DNA of 64,000 bases from Myxococcales bacterium. Lineage in GTDB: Bacteria > Desulfobacterota > Binatia > HRBIN30. The position numbers were made by a program, and so were the translations under genes. Location of the stretch: contig JBBILD010000013.1 of assembly GCA_037445065.1 (NCBI GenBank), positions 34,992 to 98,991 on the forward strand, written 5' to 3'. Numbering within the stretch: the stretch's first letter is position 1; every line of letters begins with the position of its first letter. Positions 50,835-59,146 of this stretch are shown here, in pieces. The notes beneath the pieces are model-generated. The model did no database searches. It was given only the letters and a program-made list of their open reading frames with translations, and was not told where the DNA came from.

Positions 50835-52577
50835 ATGGCACACGGTGAAAGCGAGCGCGAGGGGTCCTTGATCCGCCTTCTCGACGGAATCACCACCTTG
50901 CTCAGCGGCCCCTCTGCGCCAGGCGAAGTGTTGCCCAAAGTGCTCGCTCTCATCGCCAACGGCTTGCCCTGCCAGCGGCTGGCCAGCTTCGAGTATTCGG
51001 AAAGCTTGGCCGGCTACCGCCTGACCCATCACCACGGCCTTACCCCAGCTTCCCACGCGCTTCTCGATCAGGCCGTCTTTCCTCCGGGCGAGCCGTTCCA
51101 GGGACTCGTGCACCGCGGGCAGGTGCTGGTGGCTAATGAGATCAGCACCCAGACCTGGCTCAGTCCCGAGTTTTGCCAACTCGCCGACATCGGGGCATAC
51201 GTGGCCCTGCCGCTGCGCGCGCGAGGATCCCATCTGGGAGCACTGATCGTGGCGCGCGCCCCGGGCGGACCGCCCTTCCATGAGGCAGAAGTCCTGACGC
51301 TCACGATTCTCGCCCGGCAAATCGCCCTCGCGGTAGAGACTAAGGCACTACTTGCGGGCCAGCGGCAGCAAATCGAGCATGCCCAGGCGCAGTCGGCGTT
51401 CAGTCGGGCGGTGTTGCAAGATCCGAATCCAAGCGGCCTGCGCGAACTCTGCCGCCTGGTTTGCAGTTCGGTGGGCTGCGACTTGCACCAGTTGTGGGCG
51501 TGGGACAACGTGAGCGAGCGCTTCTTGCTCTCTGCGAGCTGGGGCGAGCGCGCAGAGGAACGCGAGGTGCAAACCGCCCTCGGCATCAACCCCCCGTTCT
51601 CTCGCGATTGGCGCGCCGCTCTGGACCGCACCGAGGAGGCGCTCTTTCTCGACCAAGACTTGCCGGCCGCCCTCTTCTCCCTCTTTTTCTCCTCGAATCA
51701 CCCCCTCAGCTTGTGTGTGATTCCGCTGCGCCACCGCGAGGAGGTGAGCGGGTTTGCCTTGAGTGTGCTGCGGCGACCATTGCGCTTCCGTTCCGATCAG
51801 CTCGCATTGCTGCGTAGCGCCGCGCAAATCGAAACGCTGGCTTTGGACCACCTGCGAGCCGCCCGCGCGCTCGAAGAGGCCCATCGCTTGCGCTCGGACT
51901 TCGTCGCGGCCGTCTCGCACGAATTGCGCACCCCGCTCAACGTGCTTCTGGGCTACTGCGACCTGCTGCTCACCGATACCTTCGGTCCACTAGGCGAGGA
52001 GCAGCGGGACATCGTTCGCAGGCTCGAGTTGCGGTCGCGCGAGTTGGCCGACTTGGTAGCCAACACGCTCGACTTCAACCGGCTGCAGTCCGGTTCCACC
52101 TTGGTGCAACCCGCAACCGTGCAGGTACAAGACTTGATCGAGCCCCTCATCCTTGAACTCCGCCACCTGCACGAGCCTGAGAGGGTGCTGCTGAGCGTAG
52201 ACGTAACCCCACCCGAGCTGCGGCTACGCACCGACCCAGGAAAGCTGCGCCTCATCCTCAAAAACCTTGTCGGCAACGCGCTCAAGTTCACCCCAGCGGG
52301 CGAGGTGCGCGTACGCGTGCAGCGAACCGGGGGGCTTACGAGATTCGAGGTGCGGGACACCGGCATCGGAATTCCGCAAGAAGCACTGCCCACCATTTTC
52401 GACGCGTACCGGCAAGCCCATGCGCACACTGTGGGCAGCTTCTCGGGGGTGGGCTTGGGGCTGTTTATCGTGCACCGCTTGGTCCAATTGCTCAAGGGAT
52501 CGGTGCAAGTGAGAAGCGAAGTGAATCGCGGCACCACCTTTACCGTGCTCCTACCCGATCTCGAGCCGGAGGGGTAA
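50835..52577 (+). CDS. Tandem-GAF sensor histidine kinase
   Basis: GAF-like VALPLRARG...LARQIALA; VSHELRTPLN, NALKFT, DTGIG, GVGLGL. Confidence 0.9.
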   Translation: MAHGESEREGSLIRLLDGITTLLSGPSAPGEVLPKVLALIANGLPCQRLASFEYSESLAGYRLTHHHGLTPASHALLDQAVFPPGEPFQGLVHRGQVLVANEISTQTWLSPEFCQLADIGAYVALPLRARGSHLGALIVARAPGGPPFHEAEVLTLTILARQIALAVETKALLAGQRQQIEHAQAQSAFSRAVLQDPNPSGLRELCRLVCSSVGCDLHQLWAWDNVSERFLLSASWGERAEEREVQTALGINPPFSRDWRAALDRTEEALFLDQDLPAALFSLFFSSNHPLSLCVIPLRHREEVSGFALSVLRRPLRFRSDQLALLRSAAQIETLALDHLRAARALEEAHRLRSDFVAAVSHELRTPLNVLLGYCDLLLTDTFGPLGEEQRDIVRRLELRSRELADLVANTLDFNRLQSGSTLVQPATVQVQDLIEPLILELRHLHEPERVLLSVDVTPPELRLRTDPGKLRLILKNLVGNALKFTPAGEVRVRVQRTGGLTRFEVRDTGIGIPQEALPTIFDAYRQAHAHTVGSFSGVGLGLFIVHRLVQLLKGSVQVRSEVNRGTTFTVLLPDLEPEG

Positions 52578-52930
52578 CGGCAGGCCTCGTGCCTGCCCGT
52601 GTTCCAAACCGAACCGAACGCGCGAATCCCGCCGCCCACCGCGCGTACGACCCCGTCCGTCGCACCATCCGCCATTTCCGAATCAAAGCACGGGCGGCCA
52701 CAAGGGCCGCCCCTACCTCCCGCAGGAGCAGCAGTGCCAACGTGGTGGCAGACTGCTGCGAACATGTTGTCGGGCCTCGTGCCTGCCCGTGTTTCGAATC
52801 CGGTGGGCTGCTGTAACGGCGGGGCCGGTCGGAGGGGTGATGCGCCGGCTGTCCCGCACCGTTCGCAATTCGCCTTGCCCAATCGCGCCGCGCAGGCGTC
52901 AGGTGGCGCACGCCACTCGCATTTCGCCCC
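52574..52930. repeat. Composite REP-like repeat cluster 3
   Basis: Degenerate type A at 52574-52598, type B at 52692-52716, partial type A at 52772-52788. Confidence 0.8.
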
Positions 52931-53094
52931 TTACTGCTCGCTGCTCGCGGCTCGCCGACAAAACGGCTACCGCTACGGCCTGCTTTTCCTGGCCGGTCCC
53001 CGCACTTGGCTCCCGACGCAATGTTCCGATTGGTGGGAGTCACAAGCGGCTCACCTTCGCACGGCTGAGAAGGTTCGGAAGCCTCCGGCCCCAA

Positions 53095-53118
53095 GCGGCC
53101 GACCGGTCGGTCGGCCGC
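53095..53118. promoter_or_regulatory. Palindromic putative transcription-factor operator
   Basis: Perfect CCGACCGGTCGG (53099-53110) within the inverted repeat GCGGCCGACC-GGTC-GGTCGGCCGC, about 75 nt before the ferritin-like operon. Confidence 0.45.
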
Positions 53119-53191
53119 CCCCTGGGCACGGTCTTTGGATTCATTCGCCCACCGACGGCGCTGGCCGAATTCGAGAGAGGAGGGTGAAACG

Positions 53192-54076
53192 ATGGCAGAT
53201 TTCCTAGCAGCGTACTCGATTCAAAACTGGCTCGAGTCCTGCCCGCAGGGCTACCTGATGGGAACGGAGTACGGGCATAAACCGGGAGAGCGCGAACCGG
53301 AGCTATTGCTCGAGAACGACATCCTGCGCGAGCAGGCCATCCGCACCACAGTCCAACTCATCGTGGGTGAACGCTGCGCGCTGGCAGCCTCCTCGGGCTT
53401 GATCAACTCGGCACCGGACGAGGCGAGCAAGCGGTTTCTTGCCACCCAGACTCTCGACGAGGCCCGGCATGTAGAGATTTTCTCGCAACGGCTCCTCGAC
53501 TTGGGCGTGCCCAAGAAAGACTTCGAAAGCACGGTGCAGCACTACGCCAACCCCAACCTGGTGAAATTTGCCGAGGTTTTGCTGGAGAAAGTGGACAAAA
53601 AAGACTTCGTTGCCGGCGTGGTCGGCCAGAACATCGTGCTCGAGGGGATGGCCTTCAGTGTGTTCGAGATGATGTATGCCCTCGAAGAACAAACCAACCC
53701 GAAGTTCGCGCACACCTTGTCGGGCACGATCGCGGACGAACGGCGCCACGTCGGTTTCGGGGAAAACCGCATTGGCTCCCTGATCCGCCAGTTTCCAGAG
53801 CGCAAAGCCGACGTCGAGCGCCTGCAAAAGGAAATGTCGTACTGGATGCTGGCCACCTTCGCGGACTCCTTCCGCAACAACCCGGCGCGCGAAGAATTCC
53901 GCCGCATCCGCGGCCAGCTCGGCGAGGCCGGCGTCCATGCTCGCTGGCAGGGAGCCGACTTGGTCGCCATGGAACCCGAGGAGATGGAGCATTTGCTGGC
54001 CGACACCGTGCTCAAAGAGTTCAAAATCCGCCTCGGACGGATTGGCCTCGAGTACCAGACTCCTGCCCGGCCTTAA
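53192..54076 (+). CDS. Ferritin-like diiron protein, paralog 1
   Basis: Four-helix diiron ligand pattern GE...DEARH...LE...DERRH; RBS GAGGAGG. Confidence 0.85.
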   Translation: MADFLAAYSIQNWLESCPQGYLMGTEYGHKPGEREPELLLENDILREQAIRTTVQLIVGERCALAASSGLINSAPDEASKRFLATQTLDEARHVEIFSQRLLDLGVPKKDFESTVQHYANPNLVKFAEVLLEKVDKKDFVAGVVGQNIVLEGMAFSVFEMMYALEEQTNPKFAHTLSGTIADERRHVGFGENRIGSLIRQFPERKADVERLQKEMSYWMLATFADSFRNNPAREEFRRIRGQLGEAGVHARWQGADLVAMEPEEMEHLLADTVLKEFKIRLGRIGLEYQTPARP

Positions 54077-54079
54077 GCC

Positions 54080-54889
54080 ATGAGCCGTCAGAGCAGAGAG
54101 CCAGCGGCTGGTAACGAGGGTGTCGGCCCCGACATCCACGATCTCGATCCGCAAGATTTCTACGAGCAGGTCCACTCGTTCCAATTCTGGTTCGAAGCTG
54201 TGGAAGGCTATCTCTCTGGGCGCTCCTACGGGATGCCGCCAGGGACGCCAGAGGTGATACTGCCGGACCTCGACCGCGACCGCTTGATCACCGTGCTGTG
54301 CAACTACTGTGTCGGCGAGACCGCAGCTCTCGACGGGGCGAGCGGTCTCGTCGCGGTAGCGCCGAACCGCCAGGCGAAGATCTTCTTGTCCACGCAAGTC
54401 GTAGACGAGGGACGCCATCTCGAAGTGTTCCTGCATCGCCTGCGCTCCCTCGGTGTGGCCGACCCGGAACAGGAAGTCGCGCGCCGCGCCAGCCGCAGCC
54501 TGCTTCTCTTCCGCGAGCGCCTGCTTGAACTGGTCGAGGGCAAGGATTGGGAAGCAGCGATTTTCGCGCAAAACGTGATTCTCGAAGCGCTCGAGTTCAC
54601 GGTGTTTCAGAGCCACGCGCGCGAGGCCGACCCGGTCACACGCGAGGTGCTCCTCGGTGTGGTCAAGGACGAACGGCGCCACATCGGCTTTGGCGAAAAT
54701 GCTCTCGGCCGCTGCCTGCAGACCACGCCGCACATCCGCCCGCGCCTCCTCCAGCTCAAGCGAGAACTCGACCACCTGGTCCTGGATGCGCTGGAAGAAA
54801 CGCTCAAAGGCATTGGCGCGGACCCTACCGAACGAGAACGATTGGGGCGTGCCTACCTGGAAGCCGCCGCTCGATTGGGGTTTGCATGA
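54080..54889 (+). CDS. Ferritin-like diiron protein, paralog 2
   Basis: GE...DEGRH...LE...DERRHIGFGEN; clearly homologous to the upstream gene. Confidence 0.85.
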   Translation: MSRQSREPAAGNEGVGPDIHDLDPQDFYEQVHSFQFWFEAVEGYLSGRSYGMPPGTPEVILPDLDRDRLITVLCNYCVGETAALDGASGLVAVAPNRQAKIFLSTQVVDEGRHLEVFLHRLRSLGVADPEQEVARRASRSLLLFRERLLELVEGKDWEAAIFAQNVILEALEFTVFQSHAREADPVTREVLLGVVKDERRHIGFGENALGRCLQTTPHIRPRLLQLKRELDHLVLDALEETLKGIGADPTERERLGRAYLEAAARLGFA

Positions 54890-55188
54890 CTATGGATCCT
54901 CTCGAACAAGAAGTTTCGACAGTCGAAGAAACACCGCGGCAGCGGTTCGTGCTGGAAGACACCGGCTTCGATGAAGTCCCGCCTCGCTTCCGCAGGTTCT
55001 ACCGCAAATGGCGGGGGCCCGGAGACCAGCTCGGGCCCAACGAAGTAATTTGCCCGGTGTGTAAAGTGGTCATCCGCTCCACACGCGAACTGCGCCCGGG
55101 CGACCGCGTGTACTGCATGCCTTGCATGTCTCGCCTCATCGTGGTGCGCGCGGAGAACGGTGGACTCGAAGCGCGCGTCGCCTACTGA
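54886..55188 (+). CDS. Small LysW/rubredoxin-like Cys4 metal-ribbon protein
   Basis: ATGA overlap with the previous stop; CPVC-x17-CMPC-xxx-LIVV in 100 aa. Confidence 0.78.
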   Translation: MTMDPLEQEVSTVEETPRQRFVLEDTGFDEVPPRFRRFYRKWRGPGDQLGPNEVICPVCKVVIRSTRELRPGDRVYCMPCMSRLIVVRAENGGLEARVAY

Positions 55189-55193
55189 GGCGT

Positions 55194-55219
55194 GCTGAGG
55201 GGGCAGATGCCCCCTCAGC
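55194..55219. terminator. Inverted repeat between convergent genes
   Basis: GCTGAGGGGGCA-GA-TGCCCCCTCAGC. Confidence 0.5.
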
Positions 55220-56189
55220 CTCCCTCCCCACGCACCCGCTCCAAGAAGCGCAGGAGAGCGCGGTTTACCTCCTCCGGGCGCTCTTGCTGCGTCCAGTGCC
55301 CGCACTCTTTGACCAGCACGGTTTCGGTGAGGTTCGGCACCCACTGCTCCATCCCTTGCGCCATTTCCGGGCGCAACACGGGATCCCACTCCGCGGTGAT
55401 CATCAGCGCCGGCGCCTGCACCTTGGCTCCGGAAAGGTAGGCGGTGAGCTCCCAGTTGCGCTCGAGGTTCCGGTACCAGTTGAGCCCGCCCGTGAACCCA
55501 CTGCGCTCGAACGCGCGCACGAATACCTCGAAGTCGTCCTCGCTGAGGTGAGGAGGAAGCGGCCCGTCCGGCAGCCGATCCAACAACCCTCCGCTGCCTG
55601 CGGCCAAGACCCCGGCCGGCTGCGTGCGGGCTGCCTCTACTGCCAGTGGGTCTATCCGCTGGTAAAAGGCGCGTAAGCTGCGCCGCACATCCCGCTCCAA
55701 TTCCGCATCGGCCACTCCCACTTCCTGGAAGTACAGCACATAGTGAAAGCCGCCCTGTGCCACGGCACGCAGCAACTCGAGCGGCGACACCGGTGGGCGA
55801 GGGAAAAAGGGGGTGTTGACACCGACCACGCCGGCGACCCGGTGCCGCGCCAGCAGCGCCATTTGCCAAGCCACGATCCCTCCCCAATCGTGACCGACCA
55901 CCACCGCACGCTCGAGGCCGAGCGCATCGAGCAATGCGGTGAGGTCGCCTACCAGGTAGTGGATGTTGTAGCGTTCGACCTCTTGCGGGCGGGACGTTTC
56001 GCCGTAACCGCGCTGATCCGGCGCGATCGCCCGGTAACCCGCTTCTGCCAGCGCCGCGAGTTGGTGCCGCCAGGAATACCAAATTTCCGGGAATCCGTGG
56101 CAGAACAGCACAGGGAAGCCACTGCCCGCTTCCGCCACGTGCATGCGAATCCCATTGACCTCGAGGTAGCGGTGTTCGATCTGCGCCAC
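55215..56189 (-). CDS. Soluble epoxide hydrolase (EphA-like alpha/beta hydrolase); start uncertain
   Basis: CHGFPEIWYSWRHQ, DQRGYG, GHDWG, lid Tyr motifs HYVLYFQ and NWYRN, GHWTQQE. Confidence 0.9.
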   Translation of the reverse strand: MAQIEHRYLEVNGIRMHVAEAGSGFPVLFCHGFPEIWYSWRHQLAALAEAGYRAIAPDQRGYGETSRPQEVERYNIHYLVGDLTALLDALGLERAVVVGHDWGGIVAWQMALLARHRVAGVVGVNTPFFPRPPVSPLELLRAVAQGGFHYVLYFQEVGVADAELERDVRRSLRAFYQRIDPLAVEAARTQPAGVLAAGSGGLLDRLPDGPLPPHLSEDDFEVFVRAFERSGFTGGLNWYRNLERNWELTAYLSGAKVQAPALMITAEWDPVLRPEMAQGMEQWVPNLTETVLVKECGHWTQQERPEEVNRALLRFLERVRGEGG

Positions 56190-56509
56190 GGCAAGCGAGT
56201 GCCACGTGGCCCGCTGCGAAGCAATCCCGAGACGCCGCTCGCAGTGCATTGCGGCAGCGCGGCCTTCGGGGCGGCTCACGTCACCACCTGGCTGCTGCCG
56301 GGTGTCGCCGCACTCCCAGCGGCGCAGGCCGTGGCGCGCAGGTGTGCGGATGATACACGGCCGGGCTCCCGGCACACCACGCTGGCATGAGGACCAAGCC
56401 GTGTGCCGCCTGCAGCCTGGATCCGCTCGCTCTTCTCGACTGCCCGCGGCCCGCGCTGAATCTCAGCACCGCAGCGTGGTCTGCGGCAGCAACGAGGCAA
56501 CCGTTGGCT

Positions 56510-58405
56510 CTAACGCAACGTCAGTTTGCCACTGAGCGCGCTGCGCAGGAAGCGCCAGTTGTAAAAGTGCGTGTATGGTCCCACCCGCACAAGCACGGTC
56601 ATGCCCAGGTTCTCGCTACCCGCGAATTCGCTGGCGTCCCCACCTCGGGCTGAGAAGCGCAGGGAGAGGGTTCCATCCGGGCGCTCGCGCAGGCGCAACG
56701 ACACCTCGAACCCATCCACGATTCCCGAGTACGAGCCGCGCGGGCTCAGGGTCTCCACCGTTCCCAGCGCAAACGACTGTTGCTGGGTACCGTCGAACCA
56801 CAAGAGTTCGATCGTCCCGCTTGCAGGTTTGGGATGCGGCAGTCGCGCAGCCAAGGTCACCCGTGCACTGCGGCCGCTCCTCGGGTCAATGGTCGAAGTA
56901 GGGCGGCGCAGCGATTGGTTGCCGACCTGGACTTCGCTCCCGGCTAACTCCCCAACGGTGCCTTCGGCCACGGTCTGCACGAGCCCGTTGAGCGAAGCTT
57001 CGATGCGCACCGACTCGCTCCCCGTGGCGCCCGCACGACCCAGCACTTGCACGCGGTACATCCCGGCCATCGCCTCGGGGATCACCACTCTGCGGTCTTC
57101 GATCGGGTCGCCATCCAAATCGAGCCGCTGGTAGCTGGCCAGCGGAATCGAACTCGTCGAAGCGTCCACCCAGCGACCCGCCGGATCCGTGACCACCAGC
57201 TCCACTGGGCCGGTCGCGGTCAGCACCAGAAACAGTGCCGGATTCGCGGCCCAGAACACCTCGAAGCCGCGGTCCGGATTGGTGCCAAATGGGTCGCAGT
57301 TCGACAGATACACCACCCGCGCCCCGCTACCGGTGATGCGCGGCGCCACCGAGACGCACGGGCGCACCCCGGAAGTGACCTGGTAAAAGGTCTTGCGCAG
57401 GCGGTTGTACAGAAAGATTTCCTGGGAGCGGTCCGGGTTGTGCCCGACGACGTCCTCACCGCTCACAAATGCGATCCACTCGCCGGTCGCATCTACCGCC
57501 GGCTGGTCGCCATCGAACAAGCCATCCGAGCGAACCGTAATGGGCACCGAGTAGCCGCTGCCGCGCTTCCACCACACCGCCGAAACGTTGTCCGGATTGG
57601 CGCCGTTGCCAAGGTTGCTCGACGACACAAACACCACGATCTTGCCATTCCCACTCACTGCCGGAGAGCTGCTCTCCCCGAGCCCTTCCACGTCGTTCGT
57701 GGCCTGGATGAGCTGCCGTTCCTTCACGTCGTAAAGCACGAGTTCCTGGCTGAAGTCCGGGTTGCGTCCGGTCAGGTTGCTGGTACTCACGAATGCCACC
57801 AGCGAGCCGTCAGCACTGACCGCAGGTGTGTAACTCTCGCCATCTCCTTCCGGATCTCGACTGAGCGGGGTGTTGCCCGAGCGGTTGAAGAGATACACCT
57901 CGTTGCTGAGGTCCGGGTTGCGCCGCCGTAGGTTGCTCGTCGTCTCGAACGCGATGCGGCTGCCTTTGTTGCTGATCGACGGCAGCACGCTCGAGCCGTC
58001 ACCTAAGTCGTCGCGCGTGATTTGCGCGAAGCGGCGACGCTGGCGGTCGAAGCGGAAAATCTCCTCGCTGTTGTCCGCATTGCGCCGCGCGTAATTGGCA
58101 TCGGAAGAGAAGGCGATAAACCGGCCGTCCGGCGAAATCACCGGATCGTTGCCGCCCTCCGGCGTGATTCGCTCGAAGCCCCCGCTCACCGCATCGTACA
58201 CGAACACGTTGCCGATCGGGGTGGGGTTGAGCCCGCCGATGTTGGCGGTCGACGCAAACACGATCCAACGCCCACTGAAATCCACCGACGGCCGCGAAAC
58301 CGAACGCCCGGCGGGAACTTCGGTTACTTGCACGACCTCGGCGCGACTCACCGTGGAAATCAAACCGACGGCCAGAAAAAGAACGCAACGACACACAAGA
58401 CCCAT
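56510..58405 (-). CDS. Secreted TolB-like/PD40 beta-propeller protein with C-terminal beta domains
   Basis: Signal peptide; about 7 repeats of P.ISxDG..(I/V)AF.S..N....NPD...E(I/V)F; GPVELVVTDPAGR. Confidence 0.82.
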   Translation of the reverse strand: MGLVCRCVLFLAVGLISTVSRAEVVQVTEVPAGRSVSRPSVDFSGRWIVFASTANIGGLNPTPIGNVFVYDAVSGGFERITPEGGNDPVISPDGRFIAFSSDANYARRNADNSEEIFRFDRQRRRFAQITRDDLGDGSSVLPSISNKGSRIAFETTSNLRRRNPDLSNEVYLFNRSGNTPLSRDPEGDGESYTPAVSADGSLVAFVSTSNLTGRNPDFSQELVLYDVKERQLIQATNDVEGLGESSSPAVSGNGKIVVFVSSSNLGNGANPDNVSAVWWKRGSGYSVPITVRSDGLFDGDQPAVDATGEWIAFVSGEDVVGHNPDRSQEIFLYNRLRKTFYQVTSGVRPCVSVAPRITGSGARVVYLSNCDPFGTNPDRGFEVFWAANPALFLVLTATGPVELVVTDPAGRWVDASTSSIPLASYQRLDLDGDPIEDRRVVIPEAMAGMYRVQVLGRAGATGSESVRIEASLNGLVQTVAEGTVGELAGSEVQVGNQSLRRPTSTIDPRSGRSARVTLAARLPHPKPASGTIELLWFDGTQQQSFALGTVETLSPRGSYSGIVDGFEVSLRLRERPDGTLSLRFSARGGDASEFAGSENLGMTVLVRVGPYTHFYNWRFLRSALSGKLTLR

Positions 58406-58561
58406 TCTCCGTAGTCTTGCTGGCGGGGAACGCTTTAGTCAACGAGAAAACTCGCCCGCACGGCTCTGCGCTTGCCTTTCGCATGGGAGGCGAGTACGCA
58501 GCTCGCCTAGCCCCCAGAAGACCCTGGAGTTCGGCTCGTGGCTATGGCATAGAGTAACGAC

Positions 58562-59026
58562 ATGTTGCAGGTGGGAGACACGGCACCGGACTTCGAGGCA
58601 CCGTGCGGGGACGGCCGTCACTTGCGGCTGCGTGATTTTCGCGGCCGCCGCCACGTGGTGCTGTACTTCTTTCCACGCGATTTTACCCCCGGCTGCACGA
58701 AAGAGGCCTGCTCGTTTCGCGATCACCGCAGCGAAGTGGCGCAACTCGATGGCGAGATCGTAGGCGTGAGCCTCGACTCGGTAGATCGCCACGCTGCGTT
58801 CGCAGAAAAGTACCGCTTGCCCTTCCCGCTGGTCAGCGACGAAGGAGGCCGCATTGCCGCCAAGTACGGCGTGGCTCGCTTGGGCGGATGGCTTCCCACC
58901 AAACGGGTCACCTTCGTGATCGACAAACAAGGCACGATCCGCAAGGTGATCCACAGCGAATTCGGCATCGATCGCCACATTGACGAGGCCCTCACCACGT
59001 TGCGCGAACTGCAAGGCGAAAGCTGA
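58562..59026 (+). CDS. bcp: BCP/PrxQ peroxiredoxin
   Basis: YFFPRDFTPGCTKEACSFRD, RVTFVID. Confidence 0.92.
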   Translation: MLQVGDTAPDFEAPCGDGRHLRLRDFRGRRHVVLYFFPRDFTPGCTKEACSFRDHRSEVAQLDGEIVGVSLDSVDRHAAFAEKYRLPFPLVSDEGGRIAAKYGVARLGGWLPTKRVTFVIDKQGTIRKVIHSEFGIDRHIDEALTTLRELQGES

Positions 59027-59146
59027 TCCGCGCCTGGCGCGCACCGCTTTTGTTCTCGCCCGCTCTGCTCTATAAAAGCGAACGGTCGCAGGTGTGGAGG
59101 AGCTGAACGGCAATGCTGGGTGGTGCGAGCCGGCCTGAGGGACGTC

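Noticed and set aside
56190..56509. Possible structured ncRNA in a GC-rich intergenic gap (also 2556-2848 and 21042-21238)
   Set aside because: No recognisable SRP, tmRNA, RNase P, tRNA or riboswitch signature by eye; an Rfam/Infernal scan would be needed
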